Both the position numbers and the translations under genes were made by a program. Source: the human T2T-CHM13v2.0 reference genome, Homo sapiens. From it: 64,000 nt of DNA. The notes beneath the pieces were generated by a model. It saw only the letters and a program-made list of their open reading frames with translations. It was not told the origin of the DNA and did no database searches. The stretch is taken from the NCBI RefSeq assembly GCF_009914755.1, contig NC_060937.1; one strand, 5' to 3'. Shown here one piece after another: positions 58,220 to 64,000 of the stretch (position 1 is the first letter of the stretch; each line of letters starts with the position of its first letter).

Positions 58220-58917
58220 CATGTTTAAGGACTAAATTTCCCAATCTACCTTCCATCTTGTTTTTCACACACAGAACTTCCAAGCAGAATCACCCTCCAG
58301 GTTAGAGGACAGAGGTGAGTATGGAGAAGTGGCAGCCACACAGGCCATCTGAAAGCACTGGTAGGGAAGCAGCTTGGTTATCCAGTGGCAGCTTTCATGG
58401 ATGTCCTTCTGCCCTGGTTTTCAACCTTGACTGGTGCACAATCATCACTCACAGCTTTTTTGTTTTGTTTCAATACCATGGCTGGGCCCTGCTCCAGATC
58501 AATTAAATGCAGTCTCTGGGGGTGCTGACCAAGTACCAGTACTTTTGTAAAACACTCCAGGTGATTCTGACATGCAGCCAGGATTGGGAAACATTACTCT
58601 GAGGTCCAGCTGGTCCCTAAGTTTCTAGCTGCCAAGCCTAGGCCATGGTAGCTGCAGCTCATCCTGATTCAGCAGCTTTCCTGCATGACCAGTGTAGTTC
58701 TTGAGTAGGAGGTGGTGGCCACAGACACAGCAGTTCCTTGGCCAGTCAGCATAGCAGTGTGACTTGCGTGATTATTGTTTTTTGAAAATCAGCCTAAAGC
58801 CAGCTTCTCCAGCCCTTCCAACAAGTCTGTAAGCTGCTTAATACCTGGTAAGAAATCCCATTCTGCTAAAACTGGCCAGAGAGTTCCGTTGTCCATTACT
58901 GAACCTTGACCAATGCA
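58220..58917 (+). mobile_element. Old ERVL LTR (LTR33/LTR67-like), interrupted by MER5A
   Basis: 3' end cttctccagcccttccaacaagtctgtaagct...ttctgctaaaactggccagag...gaaccttgaccaatgca; subfamily uncertain. Confidence 0.55.
58412..58598. mobile_element. MER5A hAT-Charlie MITE
   Basis: ggttttcaaccttgact ... ctccaggtgattctgacatgcagccaggattgggaaac. Confidence 0.8.
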
Positions 58918-59529
58918 GCTATCTAAATTAATGTCTGACCACATCACATTTCTGCTTTAAATAATTCACTGGTTCACCATTGTTCTCACATTAAGCCTAA
59001 AGTGCCTTTAAGTGACTTGTAAGATCTTTTGTGATCTGGTATTTGCCTTTATGAAAAGCATGTCAAAAATATGTGTTGAAAGTATTTCATAAGTACATAC
59101 CTTCATTGAGAAATTACACATGTAAGAATTTATTTTAAAAATATGTGGACATATAGGAAAAAATGAGGCATATGAGGATATACATCACTGCATTGTGCAT
59201 TACTATTTTTTTGGAAAAAACTCTAAACAACTTATAAGAGTCTAGTGAGAAATGTTATAGTACCCTCATAAAGTGAAATAATTTTCATTAAAGAATCTTC
59301 ATGTGGTAATCTTATGCATGATTTCTATAACTTTCTTATACTTTACTCTCATTTCCCCATTTTTTTTCAAAGAACATGTATGAACATCTCTCAGGAAAAA
59401 AAGTCCTGAAAACATTTTCACCTTAGGAAGAAAAATTTGATGTTTACAGTGAACAGGCCAAACCAAATAAGCAGTCCCCCTGAAAGAACAATGTTCTAAT
59501 AAGACAGGCTCTTTCCAAATGAGCTAGTG

Positions 59530-59957
59530 CAGGCATCCCCAATGCAGGAAAGAGCCTCATTTGGAAAGAATCTGTCTTATTAGGTCCCCTAGTGGAGACC
59601 TGTCCACCAAGGATGCCCTAGTGCAGGGGTTCTGCTGTGTGGTCCAGTTCCTAACAGGCCAAGGACCTGGCCACACAGCAGAAGGTGAGCAGTGGGTGAG
59701 TGAGCATCACCACCTGAACTCCGCCTCCTGTCAGATCATCGGCGGCATTAGATTCTCATAGTAGTGTGAACCCTATTGTGAACTGTACATGCATGCGAGG
59801 GATCTAGGTTGTGCATTCCTTATGAGAATATAACTAATGCCTTATTATCTGAAGTGGAACAGTTTCATCCCAAAACTATCCACCCCCATCCTCCGTCCAC
59901 AGAAAAATTGCCAACCACAAATCCAGTCTCTGGTGCCAAAAAAGTTGGGGATGACTG
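59530..59957 (+). mobile_element. MER1B hAT-Charlie MITE with rearranged left end
   Basis: TIRs caggcatccccaa / ttggggatgactg; body ctccgcctcctgtcagatcatcggcggcattagattctcata; perfect 8-bp TSD agctagtg at 59522-59529 and 59958-59965. Confidence 0.92.
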
Positions 59958-60929
59958 AGCTAGTGGACAGGAGCTCTCTCCCACTAATAGTTTCCTTCTG
60001 TGCAAGCCACTTTGACCATCACTATGGCCTTTGTGGTGGAAAGGAGGTGAAAAAAATATATTGTAAGTGCTGGAGAAACTCAAATATCTTATAAATAGTA
60101 TCTATTTGCCTTGCCTACAAGATAAAAGTGAAAAAAAGAACCCCTGACAGAGGAAAGAGATCAAAGCAGACCTCAGGAAGTTAGGAGAAATCTTCAGTCT
60201 CTGCTATCTCCTTCCGATTCCTTTCCTCCTCCTTCAGCAGCATGTATTATACCAGAAAGGAAAGTAATTTGGCATCGACTAACACACATACTGATAAGAA
60301 ATCATCAAACATGTTTCCATCTTCACCTAGCATGCACAGGAGCCACAGCAGGAGCTTCAGGTAATAAACAGACATCACTATTATCTCAAGCAGTATATCA
60401 ACTGGTTCCTTCAGTAATGGCGTAGATGGGAAATTCTGCATCACCACTTCATAAGTAGGGAAATTGAGGCTCTGGGAAATTACATCCCTTCCTCAGGTCA
60501 GCCCAATGCCTAAGTGGCAGGTCAAGTTTCTTAGCCAGCTTTCTTTATAAGTTCTGAAATAAAATTTTACAGAAACAAGCCAGGTCTCATCCAGGTCTGC
60601 AAGTGAGAGGGAGGATGAAGGAGAGGGGCAAGAAGACCTGAGAGGAGACAGTAGCAAAGAAGGAGACTTTCAAAGAATGAGATGCATGGAGAGCACTGAG
60701 TTCCCATTCATCACCTCTTTATAATGCCAATCTGAAGGTTAGCATTTTTGGGGGAGAAATAAATTTGTGGTTAACATAGGAGAATGTTTGTGTGTGCATG
60801 GGCCTATTAAGGCCTATAATATTTTCATTATAAGCATGTGGCTTTCATGCTGAGAGAGGGAACTTAAAACTTCTCCCTCTGTGCTGTGTGGTTGGTTCAG
60901 AGAAAGGCCATCCTAAACACCTAGAAGTC

Positions 60930-63229
60930 AGTATTAGTCCGCTCTCACTCTGCTAATAAAGACGTACCCAAGACTGGGTAATTTAAAAAGGAAAGAGGTT
61001 TAATTGACTCATAGCACAGCTATGGCTGGGGAGGCCTCAGAAAACTTATAATCATGGCAGAAAGGGTAGCAAATATGTCCTTCTTCACATGACAGCAGGG
61101 AGAAGAAGAATGAGAGCCAAGCGAAGGGGGAAGCCCCTTATAAAACCATCAGATCTCGGAGAAGTAACTCACTATCATCAGAACAAGATGGGGGAACCCC
61201 CCCATGATTCAATTATCTCCACCTGGTCCCTTCCATGACATGTGGGGATTATGGGAACTACAATTCAGGATGAGATTTGGGTGGGGACACAGCCAGATCA
61301 TATCATTCCACACCTGGCCCCTCCCAAATCTCATGTCCTCACAATTCAAAACACAATCATGCCCTTCCAACAGTCCCTCAAAGTCTTAACCCATTCCAGC
61401 ATTAACTCAAAAGTCCAAGTCCAAAGTCTCATCTGAGACAAGGCAAATCTCTTCCGCCAATGAGCCTGTAAAATCAAACAAATTAGTTATTTCCTAGATA
61501 GAATGGGAAAACAAAGGGTTTACAAGCCCCATGCAAGTCCAAAATGCAATAGGGCAGTTATTAAACCTTAAAGTTCCAAAATGATCTCCTCTGACTCCAT
61601 GTCTCACATCCAGGGCATGCTGATCCAAAAGGTGTGCTCCCGTGGCCTTGGGCAGTTCTGCCCCTGTGGTTTTGCAAGGTACAGCCCCGCTTCTGGCTCC
61701 TTTCACAGGCTGGCGTTGAGTGTCTGCTTTTCCAGGCACATGGTGCAAGCTGTCAGTGGATCTACTATTCTAGGGTCTGGAGAATGGTAGCCCTCTTCTC
61801 ACAGCTCCACTAGGCAATGCCCCAGTGGGGACTTTAGGTGGGGGATTTGACTCCACATTTCCCTTCTGCACTGCCCTAGCAGAGGTTCTCCATGAGAGTT
61901 CCACTCCTGCAGCAAACTTCTGCTTGCACATCCAGGCATTTCCATACATTATCTGAAATCTAGGCAGAGGTTCTCAGACCTCAATTCTTGACTTTTGTGC
62001 ACCCACAGGCCCACCACCATGTGAAAGCTGCCAGGGCTTGGGGATTACACCCTCTGAAGCCATGGCCTGAGCTGTACCTTGGCCCCTTTTAGCCACTGCT
62101 GGAGCTGAAGCAGCTGGCACGCAGGACAACATGTCCTGAGGTCGCATAGAGCAGGAGATCCCGGGGCCCAGCCCACAAAATCATTTTTCCCTCCTAGGCC
62201 TCTGGGTCTGTGATGGGAGGGGCTGCTGTGAAGTTCTCTGGTATGCCCTGGAAGCATTTTCCACATTGTCTTGGTGATAAACATTCAGCTCCTCATTACT
62301 TATGCAAATTTCTGAAGCCAGCTTGAATTTCTCCCCAGAAAATGGGGTTTTGTTTTCTATCACATTATAGTCAGGCTGCAAATTTTCCAGACTTTTATAT
62401 TCTGCTTCCTCTTGAATGCTTTGACACTTAGAAATTTCTTTCTCCAGATGCCCTAAATCATCTCTCTCAAGTTTAAATTTCTACAGATCTCTAGGGAAGG
62501 GGCAAAATGCTGCCAGTCTCTTTGCATAGCAAGAATGACCTTTACTCCAATTCCCAACAGTTTCTTCATCTTCATCTAAAACCACCTCAGCCTGGACTTC
62601 ACTGTCCATATCACTATCAGCATTTTGGTCAAAGCCATTCAACAAGTGTCTAGGAAGTTCCAAACTTTTCCACATCTTCCTAACTTCTGAGCCCTCCAAG
62701 TCTCTCTAGCAAGGTCCAGACTTTCCCACATTTTCCTGTTTTCTTCTGAGCCCTCCAAACTGTTCCAGTCTCTGCCTGTTACCCAGTTCCAAAGTCGCTT
62801 CCACATTTTTGGGTATCTGTATAGCAGCACCCTGCTCTCCACAGTATTAATTTTCTGTATTAGTCTGTTCTCATGCTGCTAATAAAGAAATATGTGAGGC
62901 TGGCTAATTTATAAAGGAAAGAGGTTTAAGTGACTTACGGTTCTGCTTGGCTGGGGAGACCTCAGGAAACTTAAAATTATGGCAGAAGAGGAAGCAAACA
63001 CATCCTTCTTCATATGGTGGCAGGGAAAAGAAGAATGAGAGCTGAGTGAAGGGGGAAGTCCCTTTTAAAACCATCAGATCTCGTGAGAACTTACTATCAT
63101 GAGAACAGGATCGGGGAAACCACCCCCATGATTCAATTGTCTCCACCTAGTCCCTCCCACAACACATGGGGATTATGGGAACTACAATTCAAGATGAGAT
63201 TTGGGTGGGGATATAGTCAAACCATATCG
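60930..63229 (-). mobile_element. Complete THE1 (THE1C/D-like) MaLR: LTR-int-LTR
   Basis: LTRs at 60930-61305 and 62856-63229; ~1.55-kb internal region with polypurine tract next to 61305; TSD aagtc/gagtc. Confidence 0.93.
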
Positions 63230-63524
63230 GAGTCAGCAAGGGCCAGCTTCACATCTTTCTCCCCAAGAGTACGGTTAGCTTCCTAAATTGCTAATTTTTA
63301 ATTTAAAAATTCAGCACAAATTTCTACTTTGAAATTATGAAATTCTTGTAGAAGTATGTAATAATTATAGGAAAAAGGAAATTATCGCCTCAAATTTCTT
63401 TCTTGACTACTTTCATCTTTTCTTTAAAGCCACTCTGGGGACCATTAGTAGTGTTCCTGTCTTCGCAAGAAGACCCATGCCTAGAACAGAGTCTCCCTTC
63501 ACTACTTCCAGGAAGAATTTTTTT

Positions 63525-63690
63525 AAATACTCATATGCATCCATAGGTACATCATACATATGAATGTTCATTGTAGCATCGTTGGCAATAATGAAAAAAA
63601 ATAATGCTCATCAATAAGAGTGTTTTAAAATAAATTATGGAAGATCCATACCTTGGAACAATATATAGCAACTAAAAATAAGAATGTACG
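63525..63690 (+). mobile_element. Old L1 (L1ME-like) 3' fragment
   Basis: gaatgttcattgtagcatcgttggcaataatg...ataaattatgg...atatagcaactaaaaat. Confidence 0.6.
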
Positions 63691-63809
63691 TGTAGAATAA
63701 GAATGTTTAAAAATAGCTGCCAACCATCCCTTCCTCTTTAAGGTCTTGGTGCCTGTCTGAGAGGGAGCTCAGGTATACATAGAGTGTTCTAGGAAAAGCT
63801 TTTTTACTC

Positions 63810-64000
<191 letters not shown>

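Noticed and set aside
59485-59497. AGAACA-A-TGTTCT as a steroid response element (also 2702-2720)
   Set aside because: Spacers are 1 and 7 nt, not the 3 nt required for GR/AR/PR dimers.
61204-63286. ORFs within THE1 and the ~55-bp duplication at 62645-62760
   Set aside because: Degenerate MaLR sequence; I recall the duplication as a THE1-int subfamily trait, so it is probably not locus-specific.

Overview
Primate, most likely human, euchromatic genomic DNA. It is AT-rich and CpG-depleted with no CpG island, and much of it is interspersed repeat. I recognise no host protein-coding exon, RNA gene or CRISPR-like array; the long ORFs in the track come from L1, Alu, THE1 or other LTR sequence. 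Main elements: a full-length, dead L1PA7-like LINE-1 with a 20-bp TSD (45233-51697, +); a complete THE1 MaLR provirus (60930-63229, -); a solo THE1C LTR; LTR27-, MLT1-, MER54- and ERVL-type LTRs; 11 Alu-family elements; several hAT and Tigger MITEs; and many L2, MIR and old L1 relics. Subfamily names rest on recalled consensus sequences, not a database search. I found no convincing new biological system. Best leads: a promoter/enhancer-like unique segment at 13.05-13.7 kb with splice signals on both strands; candidate + strand exons including an 18-nt microexon at 40841-40858; and a MER1B copy whose left end contains pieces templated from both flanks, resembling a fossil break-repair footprint. 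The host locus could not be identified from the sequence alone.
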